Below, piece after piece: positions 55,711 to 64,000 of a DNA stretch of 64,000 nt. Both the position numbers and the translations under genes were made by a program. The notes under the pieces were generated by a model. That model was not told the DNA's origin, searched no databases, and saw only the letters and a list, made by a program, of their open reading frames with translations. The stretch comes from an uncultured Lentisphaerales bacterium (lineage in GTDB: Bacteria > Verrucomicrobiota > Lentisphaeria > JABSQK01 > UBA12247). The stretch lies in the NCBI GenBank assembly GCA_943788985.1, contig CALSSJ010000031.1:5411-69410 (forward strand), given 5' to 3'. The number at the start of each line of letters is the position of its first letter. The stretch's first letter is position 1.

Positions 55711-58047
55711 ATGGACAACTCCAGCCCGCTCTGCGCAGACCAATCCAGACCGTTCTTTCAACGCACGCCTGCTGCTGATTGGCACGATGCCCTCCCCTCT
55801 GGCAACGGCGTTCTTGGCGCATGCGTCTACGGCGGCGTCTATACCGAAAGAGTTTGCCTGAACCACGAAGGCCTCTGGATTGGCACCCGCACACAGGAGC
55901 TGCCCGATGTATCCACCTCCCTGCCGCACGTCCGTAATCTTCTTGACCAGGGCGAACTCGAAAAGGCAGAGCACGTCTATCGCGATGCCCTAACCGAACA
56001 GGGCTATCAGGGCAGCATCGGCCGTAGCCACCCCGCAGCAGACCTGTGCTGCTGCCGGCCACCAATTCACCGGCACCGTAACTACCGCCGCTCCCTAGAC
56101 ATGACCACCGGCGAAGTCACTGTCAGCTGGAGCGAGCGCAAGTTCCAGCTGTCCCGCCGTCTATTTGTCAGTAGAGCCGACGATCTGATCGTCTGGGAAC
56201 TATCAGCAGATGCCGGCACAGTCTCCGCTTCCTTCTCACTCGTTCCACATGATCTGAATGATGCTATTGACATGGGGGCCAATGCCCTCAAGCCTGACAT
56301 CACCTTCGACTCCTCTGCAGAAGGCTCCCTACTGACGCTCAAGGGCACCTATCATGGTGAATCCCTCGACTACACCGTCCTTGCCCGCGTGATTCCCACT
56401 GGCGGTACGATGGCCACCGCCGACCAAGCCATCTCCGTGACCGATGCGGACCGCATCCTCGTGGTTGCCCAAATTTTTGCCTACGAGCCAGCCGATCATA
56501 CTGCTCTAGAAGAACTCAACGCCACCTACGAAGAGCTCCTCGAGCGCCACACCGCCCTGCATCGCCCCCTGTTTCTTGGCACCCAAGTTTCGCTTGCCAC
56601 AGACCCGCGCAGCAACGAAGAGCTCCTGCTCGATGCCTATGGCGGCGACCTCTCTCCAGCGCTCGCCCAGCGCATGGCCGACTATGGCCGCTACCTGCTA
56701 ATCTCCAGCTCCTGCCCTGGCCACCTGCCCTCGCATCTGCAAGGCGTCTGGAACGGCGACTACCGGCCCGCTTGGAACTGCATCTACATGCTCAACGAAA
56801 ACCTGCAGATGAACTATTGGCAAGCCATGCCTGGCGGCCTTGGGGACATGAAGCTCGCAGTTTTCGACTACTACGAAAGCTACCTCGATGACTACCGCGC
56901 CAACGCCCGCAACCTCTTCGGCTGCCGTGGCATCGTCATCCCGGCAGTGACCACCCCAGGCTCAGGGCTCGCGAAGAATACATCCGCGCACATCATCTGT
57001 TGGACAGCCGGCGCTGGCTGGCTCGCCCAGCACTATTACGACTACTATCTCTACACCGGCGATCGTGACTTTCTCGTACAGCGCGTCATCCCCTTCATGA
57101 AGGAGGTCGTCGATTTCTACGAAGACTTCCTCACTCTCGGCCCCGATGGCACGCTAGTTTCCAGCCCATCCACCTCCCCAGAGAACACGGCTAATCCTGG
57201 CTACAACCAAGGCTCCCAGCTGCGCATCTCGATCAATGCCACCATGGATATCGCAGTCGCCCGCGAAGTATTCACCCATCTCGCCGAAGCCTGCGACGAA
57301 ACCGGCGATGCGGCGGAGTCCGCACGCTGTCGCCGTATGCTCGCCCAGATGCCCGAGTACCAGATCAACGAAGACGGCGCGGTCAAAGAATGGATGCATC
57401 CGGACTTCCTCGACAACTACCGCCATCGTCACCAGTCCCACCTCTACCCCGTATTCCCGGGCTTCGAAATCACAGAGGAAGACGCCCCCGAACTCTTCCA
57501 AGCCTTTCGTACCGCAGTCGAGAAGCGACTGGTCATCGGCCTCAAAGAGCAGACCGGCTGGTCGCTCGCTCACATGGCAAATATCTTCGCCCGTCTTGGC
57601 GACAGCGAACGCGCGCACGCAACTTTAGCCCTGCTCGCCCAGAACTGCACTGGCACCAACCTGTTCACCTACCACAATGACTATCGTCATATGGGGATCA
57701 CTGGCACTCTCATTTGGGGGCGGCGTCCGCCGTTCCAGATCGATGCCAACATGGGCTGGACCGCAGCCGTCTACGAGATGCTCGCATTCTCCCGGCCCGG
57801 GACGATCAAGCTGCTCCCCGCCTGTCCGGAAGAGTGGGCATCCGGCAAGCTATCGAGCCTGCATTGTCGTGGTGGTGTGACCCTCTCCATGCGCTGGAAT
57901 GCTTCCGCCGCCAGCCTTCAGGTCCAGCTTTTGTCTCTGCGACAGGATCAGACCGTAGCCCTTCACCTCCCCGGCTTTCTCAACCGCGAGGTCCGCACCC
58001 TCCAGCTTAAGGCCAACCAGCCGACCGAGATCACGATCGGCAACTAA
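55711..58047 (+). CDS. Glycoside hydrolase family 95 (alpha-L-fucosidase)
   Basis: Has ...WHDALPSGNGVLGACVYGGVYTERVCLNHEGLW..., ...LQGVWNGDYRPAWNCIYMLNENLQMNYWQA... and ...ANMGWTAAVYEML... Intact 778 aa. Confidence 0.85.
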   Translation: MDNSSPLCADQSRPFFQRTPAADWHDALPSGNGVLGACVYGGVYTERVCLNHEGLWIGTRTQELPDVSTSLPHVRNLLDQGELEKAEHVYRDALTEQGYQGSIGRSHPAADLCCCRPPIHRHRNYRRSLDMTTGEVTVSWSERKFQLSRRLFVSRADDLIVWELSADAGTVSASFSLVPHDLNDAIDMGANALKPDITFDSSAEGSLLTLKGTYHGESLDYTVLARVIPTGGTMATADQAISVTDADRILVVAQIFAYEPADHTALEELNATYEELLERHTALHRPLFLGTQVSLATDPRSNEELLLDAYGGDLSPALAQRMADYGRYLLISSSCPGHLPSHLQGVWNGDYRPAWNCIYMLNENLQMNYWQAMPGGLGDMKLAVFDYYESYLDDYRANARNLFGCRGIVIPAVTTPGSGLAKNTSAHIICWTAGAGWLAQHYYDYYLYTGDRDFLVQRVIPFMKEVVDFYEDFLTLGPDGTLVSSPSTSPENTANPGYNQGSQLRISINATMDIAVAREVFTHLAEACDETGDAAESARCRRMLAQMPEYQINEDGAVKEWMHPDFLDNYRHRHQSHLYPVFPGFEITEEDAPELFQAFRTAVEKRLVIGLKEQTGWSLAHMANIFARLGDSERAHATLALLAQNCTGTNLFTYHNDYRHMGITGTLIWGRRPPFQIDANMGWTAAVYEMLAFSRPGTIKLLPACPEEWASGKLSSLHCRGGVTLSMRWNASAASLQVQLLSLRQDQTVALHLPGFLNREVRTLQLKANQPTEITIGN

Positions 58048-58089
58048 CCGAGCTCAGCAGGTGCCTCGCTTCCCCCGACAGCGCGCCCG

Positions 58090-58515
58090 TTACTCGTTCA
58101 ACCGCCGCAGATTCTCCTGCGCGATCGCCTCGAACTGCACATAAAGCCGCGCCACGTTAAACTTCTTCGGAAACTCGTACGTCTTCGAGACCACCATGAT
58201 CTCGTTCGAACGCCGATACGGCGATTTGATATACGAGATCGTGAGCTCACAATCATCAAGGCCGAAGCCTGCGGTCTCGCAGCTGACTTCACAGATTGAG
58301 TCTAGGTGAATCGATCTCACCCGCCACTTCTTCCCTGTCGCCCCCTCCTTATCAAAACTGATGATCCGGAGATCAGTGATCACCAGCGTATCGCGCACCA
58401 GCTTGAACCCCGTCTGAATCGATTCTCCTGCGATCAGGTACGCCGCGTACTTCTGGGCCAGTTCGTCGCCCGTGACCTCCTGCAAGTTCCCCAACATGCC
58501 TTGAAACAAGCCCAT
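58090..58515 (-). CDS. Bacterial PH-domain (YokE/bPH-like) protein
   Basis: GGAGG plus ATG 58515. Reads MGLFQGMLGNLQEVTGDELAQKYAAYLIAGESIQTGFKLVRDTLVITDLRIISFDKEG... Length 141 aa. The longer ORF-track version overlaps the upstream gene. Confidence 0.6.
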   Translation of the reverse strand: MGLFQGMLGNLQEVTGDELAQKYAAYLIAGESIQTGFKLVRDTLVITDLRIISFDKEGATGKKWRVRSIHLDSICEVSCETAGFGLDDCELTISYIKSPYRRSNEIMVVSKTYEFPKKFNVARLYVQFEAIAQENLRRLNE

Positions 58516-58526
58516 TTTGATGCCTC

Positions 58527-60479
58527 CTACTCGGTGATGTGGGTTGGCTGGCCGGTCTTGATCGCATCCAGCACTTGGTAACACCGTAGCGTGCTCTCCG
58601 GAGTGACAATCAGCGGCTCGTCGTGCCGGATAGCCTTGTAAAGATTGTCGTAGAAGCTGTCGTACTGCTTCTGCGGCTTCACCGGGCGCAGCAGCGTCTG
58701 CCACGGTAGCCCAGAGCCATCGAAGCCAGTCACCCCTTCGCGACGGTCGGTCGCCCACGGCTGATCGATCGCAGAGATCTCCTGACACTGATCCGCGGAA
58801 AAATAGCGCGCGTGCAGTTCCTTGCCCTGGACCCAGATGGTCCCGCGTGTGCCCAGCACCACCCACGACGGCTGTACCGACGCATCGGCAGAACTCATGA
58901 CGATATCCAACAACTTACCGTCTGTGCAGCGAGCCATCGCCTTGATGTCATCCTCGACATTCCCCGGGTTCACAATCTGAGAGATCTGCCCCCAGACAAA
59001 ATCCACTGGCGCACTCAGAAACTCCAGCCCCTGATCCACCGGATGCAGACCCCAGTTTCCGGTCACTCCGCCGCCGTACTTATCCAACGTCTGCCAATCA
59101 TTGCGGCGGTTGAAATCACCTGCCCGACGACGAATCCGAAACACATCGCCGACCAAGCCAGAATCCACCAACTCACGCACGCACAGAAACTCCGGATCCA
59201 GCCGGTCGTTATGATGAAAAGTCAGCACCTGCCCCGACTTGCGAGCGGCAATCATGGCTTTGACCCCAGATGCTGCCAACGCCGCTGGCTCCTCACATAG
59301 CACATGCTTTCCCGCAGCCAGAGCGGCAATCGTCATCGCCTCGTGTCGATGCGACGGTGTACACACGAACACCAGCTCGACATTTGGGTCGGCAAGCATA
59401 CTCGGGTAGTCCTCGTAATTGCGGCACTCCGGCACTGCCTGGCAGGCCTCCTCGCGCCGCTCCGGAAGCATGTCATAGACTGCCGCTAGCGCCAACCCTG
59501 CATGCTCCCGAATCGCAGCAACATGATGGCTCCAGCCCATTCGCCCCAGCCCCACCACGCCGCAACGTATGGGGGCCTCCACGTCTGTCGCGCTGACCTG
59601 CACTGCCTCATCGGCCTCCGCCGTTGCAGACTCCGCAACGGCCACAGACACTGCCCGAAGAAAGCGGATATTGTCCTCAAGCCGAGCTGCTTCTGACGCA
59701 CTCGTCGAAAAATCTTCGACCGTCACCCAGCCATCATAGCCAATCCCCCGCAATGCCCTAAAAAGGTCGCTAAAATCCACCTGTCCCTGGCGCAGCGGAG
59801 CTGCATCCACTTGCCACGAAAAGAGCTGCTCGCCCTCCTGAATAGTGCGACTGGGAGCCGCACTCTTGGCGTGTACATGCGCCAGATACGGCCCCAGAAT
59901 CCCGAGGCCACGATCGTACTCCTCAAACCCCTCGAAGACCATGTTTCCACAGTCGTGGATGACGCCGACATCCTCTGGCGCAAATGGCTCCACCATTGCC
60001 CGTGCCGCGCTTGCTGAGGCGATTAGCGTGTTGTGATGTATCTCTACCAGCAGCCTCACACCGTATGGCCGTGCCTGACGGATTGCGCGGCCTAATCTCG
60101 CTTGAATCGTCGCCCTCGCTTCCGGCACCGTCCCCAGGCCTCCCATCCCACACACTCGCAGCTGTGCCACCCCCATGATGCTGGCGATATGAAGTGCCCG
60201 CTCAACAGCCTCTTCGTTCGCCACCTGCACATACGTCCCAAGCGAAGGCATCTCCAGCCCGGCCGCGCGTGTACCCGCTGCGATCTCCGCATACTTCTCG
60301 TCCGCCCAATCATCCTGCAAAGTAGCCCGGTTCCCCTTCCAAAAGGACGGTGCAGATCCGTCATCCCGATCGCGAGTCACGCGCCATTCGAGCCCATCAT
60401 AGCCGTAACCAGACACGTCTGCGATCACTTCGGACGGAAGGAGGCTGGGGCAGCTTACGGTAAAAAGGGCAAATTTCAT
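58527..60479 (-). CDS. Fusion protein: N-terminal xylose-isomerase-like TIM barrel + C-terminal Gfo/Idh/MocA oxidoreductase
   Basis: The ATG at 60479 gives MKFALFTVSCP...YGYDGLEWRV...RLLVEIHHNT...HVHAKS..., followed by a linker. Then ...IRCGVVGLGRMGWSHHVAAI...VFVCTPSHRHEAMTIAALAAGKHVLCEEP... Length 650 aa. Confidence 0.85.
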   Translation of the reverse strand: MKFALFTVSCPSLLPSEVIADVSGYGYDGLEWRVTRDRDDGSAPSFWKGNRATLQDDWADEKYAEIAAGTRAAGLEMPSLGTYVQVANEEAVERALHIASIMGVAQLRVCGMGGLGTVPEARATIQARLGRAIRQARPYGVRLLVEIHHNTLIASASAARAMVEPFAPEDVGVIHDCGNMVFEGFEEYDRGLGILGPYLAHVHAKSAAPSRTIQEGEQLFSWQVDAAPLRQGQVDFSDLFRALRGIGYDGWVTVEDFSTSASEAARLEDNIRFLRAVSVAVAESATAEADEAVQVSATDVEAPIRCGVVGLGRMGWSHHVAAIREHAGLALAAVYDMLPERREEACQAVPECRNYEDYPSMLADPNVELVFVCTPSHRHEAMTIAALAAGKHVLCEEPAALAASGVKAMIAARKSGQVLTFHHNDRLDPEFLCVRELVDSGLVGDVFRIRRRAGDFNRRNDWQTLDKYGGGVTGNWGLHPVDQGLEFLSAPVDFVWGQISQIVNPGNVEDDIKAMARCTDGKLLDIVMSSADASVQPSWVVLGTRGTIWVQGKELHARYFSADQCQEISAIDQPWATDRREGVTGFDGSGLPWQTLLRPVKPQKQYDSFYDNLYKAIRHDEPLIVTPESTLRCYQVLDAIKTGQPTHITE

Positions 60480-60628
60480 GATCGTATCAGACAGGGCAGG
60501 CTCAGTTTCGGATGCAGAGCACCATACCCGCAAGCGCCGGACCGTCACCCGGCTATAGCGCGGATGTTGTTCGACCGCCCGCCGATGAATAATATGGCGC
60601 ACGACGCAATCACCACTCAGGATTTCAC

Positions 60629-61130
60629 ATGCCCGCGTTCCGGACTGCCACCGACGATTTCAAAAAGCTGCGCAACGCGGGTGGCTACTTCGCAGATAAG
60701 TCCCCGCTGATCCGGGCCGTTCTCGACAGCAGCGATGTCACCTTACTGGCCAGACCGCGCCGTTTCGGCAGAACCTTGAACATGACAATGACGCGCTAAC
60801 TCTTCGAGGCTATGAAGGAGAAACCGGGCGCTCTCTTTGACGGCCTTGCGACGACCGACGATGCCGATGCCATGAGGCATTTCGCATTTTGCGCAGTACC
60901 CCGTCATCTACCTTAGCCCCAAGGACATCAAAGGCGCCGACTGGGCGGGGGAGTCACCCCAGTCGAGCTCGAACTACCGCCAGCCCCCGCGCCCTCGCTC
61001 GCCCCCATGCGCGACAAGCCCAAGCTACACGGCATGGCACACCTTGTGCAAACGCTCCTGGCAGCCGTCAACTTCCCAATTCGCCTGTCTCAGCCTGAAA
61101 AACTCCCGATCGGCAGCTCCAGCATTCCCA
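60629..61130 (+). pseudogene. AAA-ATPase-like (PF09820-type, DUF1703-associated) gene remnant with nonsense codon and frameshift
   Basis: The ATG at 60629 gives MPAFRTATDDFKKLRNAGGYFADKSPLIRAVLDSSDVTLLARPRRFGRTLNMTMTR, then a TAA (60797-60799). It continues in frame with LFEAMKEKPGALFDGL... The frame breaks at a near-duplication CATTTCG/CATTTTGCG (about 60878-60895), before ...HFAQYPVIYLSPKDIKGADWAG... Confidence 0.55.
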
Positions 61131-61131
61131 G

Positions 61132-61770
61132 TTACCAGCTAGCCGGACGCGTCGGCGATGCGTACACCACCCGTAGCCCCACGAAGCGCCGCGCCTCCTG
61201 CTGCCACTTCAGGGCCTTGCCCAAGGGCTCCGGCCCCAGAAAGCCCTCCAGCGTGCACTGCATCTGCACAGCACCCCGCCGGTAGTGCCCCAATTCGGCC
61301 CCGCAGCCCGGTCGCAGCCTCAGCGTCCAGGGCGCATCCTCGCGCATTTCAGTAAACACAGGCACTCCAGCGTTCCAATGCGCGACGCCAGTCACCCGCA
61401 GATGTTGATAACCGAAATCAGCAAGGGTCAATTCAAGGTCATCGTCGCGGGCTCTCTCCGCCCCTTCCCGATATCCGGGCGCATCACTCCTACTCGCCAC
61501 CTGTGATGCCTCTAGTGCGTCGCGATAGCCCCTAGCGTAGCCATCCAGCACCGCCATGCGCTGCCCTTCGGTTGGGGCCTCATACAACACATCCGCCGTC
61601 CGGAGTGCGTGGGGAAGTAGTTGTCGCACCACGGCCTCGCCATACACAATCTGGGCCGTCTGCAACCGCTTTTGAGCCAGGCTAAACTTCGTGGTTTGGC
61701 AACCACCCAGTAACAGACAAATCCCGGCGAACAACAACTGGCTCTGGGGAAAATTTTGCCAGGGCTTCAT
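61132..61770 (-). CDS. Putative lipoprotein, function unknown
   Basis: MKPWQNFPQSQLLFAGICLLLGGCQTT carries the lipobox LLGGC. Intact 212 aa, no family recognised. Confidence 0.6.
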   Translation of the reverse strand: MKPWQNFPQSQLLFAGICLLLGGCQTTKFSLAQKRLQTAQIVYGEAVVRQLLPHALRTADVLYEAPTEGQRMAVLDGYARGYRDALEASQVASRSDAPGYREGAERARDDDLELTLADFGYQHLRVTGVAHWNAGVPVFTEMREDAPWTLRLRPGCGAELGHYRRGAVQMQCTLEGFLGPEPLGKALKWQQEARRFVGLRVVYASPTRPASW

Positions 61771-61830
61771 CGTATTCTCTCGCTAATGATGACCTTAGGT
61801 CCAAGCCTTGGCGGCGGCGCGCTGAGGGAA

Positions 61831-61914
61831 TGGTGGTGGGGGAAGGATTCGAACCTTCGAAGCTTACGCAGCAGATTTACAGTCTGCCCCCTTTGACCAC
61901 TCGGGAACCCCACC
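61831..61914 (-). tRNA. tRNA-Tyr: tRNA-Tyr (anticodon GTA), CCA encoded
   Basis: Minus sense reads GGTGGGGTTCCCGAGTGGTCAAAGGGGGCAGACTGTAAATCTGCTGCGTAAGCTTCGAAGGTTCGAATCCTTCCCCCACCACCA. It has a 7-bp acceptor stem GGTGGGG/CCCCACC, an anticodon loop CT-GTA-AA, a long variable arm, a T-loop GGTTCGAATCC and a 3' CCA. Confidence 0.9.
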
Positions 61915-62085
61915 ACTCGGGCTTGTTCAAACCGGCTGGATTGAACTCGCTACAGCGAGAGCCCCAGAATTTAGTCGCGAGTCTGATCCTTGCAAACTGA
62001 TTCCGCAATTCCTTTGTTCTTTCGTCTCACGCGCACCCCGCCATAGTGCGCGCTGCCCTTGCCCTCCGACACTGTGATTGACCCT

Positions 62086-63903
62086 ATGCTTGAGATTGCC
62101 AATCTTCACAAACGCTACGGCCCGCGCGTCGTCTTCGAAAAAGCTGCTGCCTTTATGTCCCCGAATGTCCGCATCGGCCTTGTCGGCCCCAACGGCTGCG
62201 GAAAAACCACCTTGCTGCGCATGGTCGCTGGCGAGGAGGACTGGGAAGGCGGCGATATCCGCCTCAAGAAGGGCTGTAAGATCGGCTACCTGCCCCAGGA
62301 TCTCGCAGAACTTCCCGGCGCCACCATTAGCGAATCCGTACATCGCGGTGAGTATCCGGAGTACGTGGCCGAGCGCCTGCTTTCCGGCCTCGGCTTCGCC
62401 TCCGACGAATACAAGCAGCCGCCAGATAGCTTCTCCGGCGGCTTCCGTATGCGCGTGGCCCTCGCGCACTTGTTGATTGCCGAGCCCGACATCCTGCTCA
62501 TGGACGAGCCCACCAACCATCTCGACAGGGCTAGCTGCCGCTGGCTTGAGCAGTTTCTGCGAGATACCTCGACAGCCGTCCTAATGGTCAGCCATGACAC
62601 CGAGTTTCTGGACCGCACCGTCACCCACATCTGGGAAGTCTACCAGACCACCCTGCGGCCCTACACAGGAAACTATTCCCGGTTTATCAGACAGCGCGAG
62701 GCCCGCCAAGCTCAGCTGGAATCGGCCGCCAAGTCCCAGCAGCGCAAGGTCGACAAGCTCGAGCGTTTTGTCGATCGCTTTCGCTCCAAGGCATCCAAGG
62801 CCAGTCAGGTCCAGTCCCGCATCAAAGAGCTGGACAAGGTCAAGACGATCGAGCTCGAACGCAAGACCCGCGGCTTTCAGTTCACCTTTCCTAAGCCGCC
62901 CGCAAGCGGACATTCCGTACTCAAGCTTGATCACATCGCCAAGCGCTACGAAGAAAACATCGTCTACCGCGACTTTAATCTCGAGATCGAACGCGGCGAG
63001 CGTGTCGCGCTCGTCGGCGAGAACGGTGCTGGCAAGACCACCCTGCTCAAAATCCTCGCGGGCGTGCTCGATTTCGAGAAAGGCACCCGGACCGTCGGCC
63101 ACAACGCAACCTTGCACTACTTTGCCCAGCACCAGAGCGAGGCGCTCAATCTCGATCACAACATCATCGACTCGCTACACGAAGTTGCCGAACTTGCGGA
63201 GACTGCAGACACCCAATATCTGCGAAACGTAGCCGGTGCCTTTTTGTTCTCCGGCGAGGACCAGTTCAAGCGCATCTCCGTCCTCAGCGGCGGTGAGAAG
63301 GCCCGTGTCGCCCTCGCGCGAATGCTGATCCGGCCCACCAACACGCTGCTGCTGGACGAACCCACCAACCATCTCGACCCGCGAGCCGTAGACGTCATCA
63401 CCGATGCCCTCAGCGACTTCCCAGGTACCATCGTCTTCATCTCACATGATCCCACCTTTCTGATGCGCATGGCCACTCGAGTCGTGCACATCGAGCAGGG
63501 CGTGCCCACGCTCTACCCTGGCGGCTATGAGTACTACCTCTGGAAGCGCCGTGACCTGCTCGCCGAAGACGCAGAGATCGCAAGCGCTCCAGCCCCAAAG
63601 GCCAAGAAAGCCCCTGCTAAGCCTTCTGAGGGGGCCCGCCGCTATGAGACTGCGAAAGCCCTCAAGTCCGCCAAGCGCAAGCTAGATCGCCTTGAGAAGG
63701 CAGTCGCTGAGCTCGAGATCAGCTGCGCAGAACAGGAAACAGAGTTGGCCAGTGAAGGGGCCTACGAGGATTACGAGCTGTGGGCCAAATTAGAAGCCAC
63801 CCACCGCGAAGCACGTGCCAGGCTGGACCGGAACCTGGCTGATTGGCAGGCCCAAGCAGAAGAAGTCGAACGCCTCGACCAAGTGATGGCCAGCTTTGAA
63901 TAG
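62086..63903 (+). CDS. ABC-F family ATPase (tandem ABC domains, no TM domain)
   Basis: Two Walker A motifs (GLVGPNGCGKTT and ALVGENGAGKTT) and two signature motifs (FSGGFRMRVALA and LSGGEKARVALA). A charged coiled-coil C-terminus. ATG 62086 is preferred over TTG 62059. Confidence 0.9.
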   Translation: MLEIANLHKRYGPRVVFEKAAAFMSPNVRIGLVGPNGCGKTTLLRMVAGEEDWEGGDIRLKKGCKIGYLPQDLAELPGATISESVHRGEYPEYVAERLLSGLGFASDEYKQPPDSFSGGFRMRVALAHLLIAEPDILLMDEPTNHLDRASCRWLEQFLRDTSTAVLMVSHDTEFLDRTVTHIWEVYQTTLRPYTGNYSRFIRQREARQAQLESAAKSQQRKVDKLERFVDRFRSKASKASQVQSRIKELDKVKTIELERKTRGFQFTFPKPPASGHSVLKLDHIAKRYEENIVYRDFNLEIERGERVALVGENGAGKTTLLKILAGVLDFEKGTRTVGHNATLHYFAQHQSEALNLDHNIIDSLHEVAELAETADTQYLRNVAGAFLFSGEDQFKRISVLSGGEKARVALARMLIRPTNTLLLDEPTNHLDPRAVDVITDALSDFPGTIVFISHDPTFLMRMATRVVHIEQGVPTLYPGGYEYYLWKRRDLLAEDAEIASAPAPKAKKAPAKPSEGARRYETAKALKSAKRKLDRLEKAVAELEISCAEQETELASEGAYEDYELWAKLEATHREARARLDRNLADWQAQAEEVERLDQVMASFE

Positions 63904-64000
63904 CACGACCATCGCCAAACTCGTCGAGACCTACAAGCTGCCGAAGTTTCGCGGCGCACAGCTGCGCAAAGCCTTCTTCGAGCAGCAAGTGACCAAATTT
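63896..64000 (+). CDS. rlmN: 23S rRNA/tRNA (adenine-C2)-methyltransferase RlmN, 5' end (3'-partial, runs off window)
   Basis: The frame reads ...TTIAKLVETYKLPKFRGAQLRKAFFEQQVTKF, matching the RlmN N-terminal pattern (l...g.p.fRa.Qi..w.y......f). A TTG at 63896 is a possible start overlapping the ABC-F stop. Only 35 codons are visible. Confidence 0.45.
   Translation, partial: MNSTTIAKLVETYKLPKFRGAQLRKAFFEQQVTKF

Noticed and set aside
1-64000. The idea that all frame disruptions are simply sequencing errors
   Set aside because: This is not fully rejected. The LacI and kinase breaks sit in homopolymers and may be errors. However, the nonsense codon and duplication in the ATPase remnant, the missing gene halves (uvdE, sulfatase, GH29 N-terminus) and the intact long core genes argue that much of the decay is real.

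Overview
This is a GC-rich bacterial chromosomal window. Its gene content (DUF1559/H-X9-DG prepilin-like proteins, DUF1570-like and SHD1-like proteins, an IPTL-CTERM-like anchor, several sulfatases and fucosidases) suggests the PVC superphylum, Verrucomicrobiota/Kiritimatiellota-like; this is inference only.

- **1-36.9 kb** is mostly intact housekeeping. It holds pyruvate dehydrogenase E1/E2, hisC, ptsH, a nadD-rsfS-rluD cluster and moaC plus a mobA-like gene. It also holds a Ser/Thr kinase fused to a cNMP-binding domain, an L,D-transpeptidase, and thrS followed by a translationally coupled membrane GT2 synthase module.
- **36.95-45.2 kb** is a decay and mobile-element island.
  - A group II intron with a frameshifted RT/maturase abuts a truncated uvdE.
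  - There are several multi-frame pseudogenes and an 8-nt microsatellite embedded in a long hairpin.
  - An orphan antitoxin has its partner toxin cut after 13 codons by a 235-bp mosaic tandem array of hairpin modules.
  - A Y1/HUH (IS200/RayT-like) transposase is flanked by inverted copies of the same modules.
- **45.2-60.5 kb** is a fucose/sulfated-glycan utilisation locus: GH29-like, GH95, sulfatases, a LacI regulator, an ABC importer and a TIM-barrel/Gfo-Idh-MocA fusion. Intact and pseudogenised copies occur side by side.
- **The window end** carries a decayed AAA-ATPase-like gene, a lipoprotein, tRNA-Tyr, an ABC-F ATPase and the start of rlmN.

I saw no CRISPR array, no rRNA and no recognisable defence operon. 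The most unusual structure is the transposase plus its amplified hairpin-module array. All frame disruptions reported here need read-level confirmation, because two of them sit in homopolymer runs.
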